From Dipteris shenzhenensis (Eukaryota): 64,000 nt of DNA. The notes under the pieces are model-generated. The model was not told where the DNA came from and ran no database searches. It saw only the letters and a list, made by a program, of their open reading frames with translations. The translations under genes and the position numbers were made by a program. Positions 61,501 to 64,000 of the stretch are shown in pieces. The stretch's first letter is position 1. Every line of letters begins with the position of its first letter. The DNA lies in NCBI GenBank assembly GCA_047967505.1, contig CM106538.1. One strand, written 5' to 3'.

Positions 61501-64000
61501 CCTAGAGGCTAGAGATAGGTGCCAATCAGCTAGACAAACCAGACTTAGACAAAAACCACTGTGTCTAACTTAGACAAAAGCCATTTGAAAATTGACCTCT
61601 CCCTTTAGGAACTTAAAGAGGCTGCCTTTGCAATGGCTTATGGCAAAACACTTGGAGAAGATGGGCTACCTGCAGAATTCTACAAGTTCTTTTGGGACAC
61701 TGTTGGACCCTCCTTACTGGCTCTTTGGAGAGAGAGTGCTAAACAGGCCTTTCTTCTAGAGCACTCAAATGGAGGGGTAGTTAAGCTTATACCAAAAGAA
61801 GGGGACAGGATAGTTTTAAAAAATTTGAGGCCCCTCACTATGTTAAATTGTTCTTACAAAGATATATGCCAAAGCAATTGCTCTGAGAATAAGATGCAAA
61901 ATGGACAAGTGGATTCTGGAGGAATAGAAGGCTTCATAAAGAACAAGCATCTTCTAGAAGCAATCATCAACTTAAGGGAAAGTTGCACTCATGCTGAAGA
62001 AAGCAATCAAGAGATATGTCTAATTAAAATAGACTTTGATAAGGCATATGACAGACTTAATTGGGATTTTTTTCTTCAGTCACTTAACAGTTTGGGTTTG
62101 AGAACCCAATTCACTTCTTATGTAGCTCTTCTACTCTCTAATGCCTCTGCAAAGGTGTGTGTGAATGGAGAGATGTGTCAGAGCTTCATGTTGAGAAGGT
62201 TCGTAAGACAAGGATGCCCACTGGCACCTCTCTTATTTGCTATAGTCGTTGGTGATGCTTTGGAATGGTTGATAAAAGAGCAGGTGACATTAGGTGAAAT
62301 CAATGGTATAGAGCTCCCCTCAGGAAAGCAGCTACTAGTAAACCAGTAATTTGCAGATGATACTACCTTAACCATTAGAAACATAGATGTAGACATACAA
62401 AGAGCTATATATTGTATGGATATATTCTGTAATGCATCTGGCTCAAAAATAAATCACTCCAAAACAGGTTATGCATTGTTATTTGGAGACACCCAAAACC
62501 GTCTAGATCAGCTAGGTTGTAAGAGAATTCCTCTTGGGCAGATATTCAGACCGTTAGGTATCCCTATGGGGTTCAATGTTAAGATGAAAGACAGATGGGA
62601 TTGGTTCCTAGAAAGGTTAAAAAAAAATAGAGAGACTCAGGAGATTGTAGCAGGCAAACTTGGCAAGACGAAGGGTAGTACTAAACCACTACATATACCC
62701 AATTGCTATATCTTATCTCTCATGCTAGTGTCCTTCTAGAATAGGTTTAGAAAAGTTCATAAGGATCTGTAGATCCTTCTTATGGGGGGGGAGTGACACT
62801 AGAAGAAGAATAGCTAAGGCCAAGTGGGCTTTCTGCACCAGACCAAGAAAGGAAGGAGGCTTGGGTGTTATAAATATATAGCTACACTAGTAGCCTATAA
62901 ATTAGCAGTTACATGGATAATCAAAGCCATCACTACTCCTGAAAGTGATTGGGCTAACCTCCTCCTCAGGAACTTCAAGCATGTGAGGCCTCACAAAGCT
63001 CCTAAATGGAAGGATTATCCCGTTTTATAAGCCATAGGGAATCCAAAACCATGCACTACCAAAGGGAGCCAGTTGTGGAAAACCCTATGGGGGGCCTTTG
63101 AACAATTAATTAGCCACATCATTCTATATGGAAAAGGAAGCGTAATGGCTTTAGACTCAATCTAGGTTTCTATCTTTTTCACTAAACAACAGCTAAGTGA
63201 CAATGACTTCCTGAGGGCATGGCACTTGGGGAAGAAAGGGCTATCTTGTTGGAGGGATTTATGGGACAAGACCAATTTCAGGTGGAAGACTTGGTTGGAG
63301 ATAAGAAGAGAATTCAGACTCAAGATTTCAGACCAAGAGTTGATAATGGGCAGAATTAAACTGTGGGAGGGGGACATCATTTGGAAAGGGGGCAGAATTC
63401 TTAATTTCCCTTGAGAGTTTGGATGGGTAGGCAGATCAACCCTCTTACCTATACCCACTCCATCTGAAGGCATAGATGAGATTGTTACTAAACTAAAATC
63501 TAGATTGAACAATTCTGACAATGAAAGAAAATGGGTTATCAGATTTGAGTTGATTTGGGACAGAAGAATCCTTGAGAAAATGTCCACACTGTTATGGCTA
63601 ATTCTACACAAGGCTATTTGGACCAAGTGCAGAAGCTTCAGCATTGGTAAGGGAGATGGTACATGCAAACATTGTGTGGGCATCAATGAAGACATCTTCC
63701 ATTTGTCTATAGCTTGCCCCAGAGCAAGAAAAGTCTAGAAATTAGTGCAATTAAGAATAGGTGAACCTATAAATTGGAAGTCTATTCTTTTGGGAGATGC
63801 TCTCAAAATTCCTAATGCCACATGGGCACACATCAAAGCTTATGCACTATGGTTTATTTGGATATCCAAAAATGCTTTTCAATTCAATGAAGAGGTCATG
63901 CATGCTGAATAGATCTTTGTTAATTGGTATGAATGCTATGTTCTTACTAAGTGATCACTATGTGCCGTGGTCCCAGGCCAAGTTCTTATTGGACCAAGAA
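58520..64000 (+). mobile_element. Degenerate L1-clade LINE (ORF1 + ORF2), running off the window end
   Basis: ORF1: DUF4283-like LRKGFFFFLFE...WSQDFNP...VELPNLP and knuckle YKNLPNSCFLCG. ORF2: APE (TLNVCGL, LQEVK, GDFNMVE, RLDRVY, DHKPV), RT (GEDGLPAEFYK, RPLTMLN, KIDFDKAYD, RQGCPLAPLLF, FADD), zf-RVT CKHC...EDIFHLSIACP. 5' boundary approximate. Confidence 0.92.

Overview
Eukaryotic, repeat-rich plant genomic DNA; the PPR style and retroelement types suggest a fern or other seed-free vascular plant (inference). Two intact intronless host genes lie on the minus strand: a leucine-rich-repeat extensin (3691-6084) and a PLS-E class PPR protein (48776-51244). Most of the rest is nested, decayed transposons. 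These are (i) a tandem/chimeric cluster of Athila-like Ty3/gypsy elements (10234-33029) with one LTR flanked by both PPT and PBS, extra 3' ORFs and a second aspartic protease after integrase; (ii) a 5'-truncated chromovirus (43587-48069); (iii) several L1-type LINEs; and (iv) two DNA-transposon-like relics. The most unusual region is about 36.3-43.1 kb. It holds a RAG1/Transib/Chapaev-like DDE transposase core, a convergent unknown ORF, and four 17-bp inverted-repeat cassettes with 33-34 nt spacers whose inner segment appears in both orientations. All family assignments come from motif recognition by eye, not from database searches.
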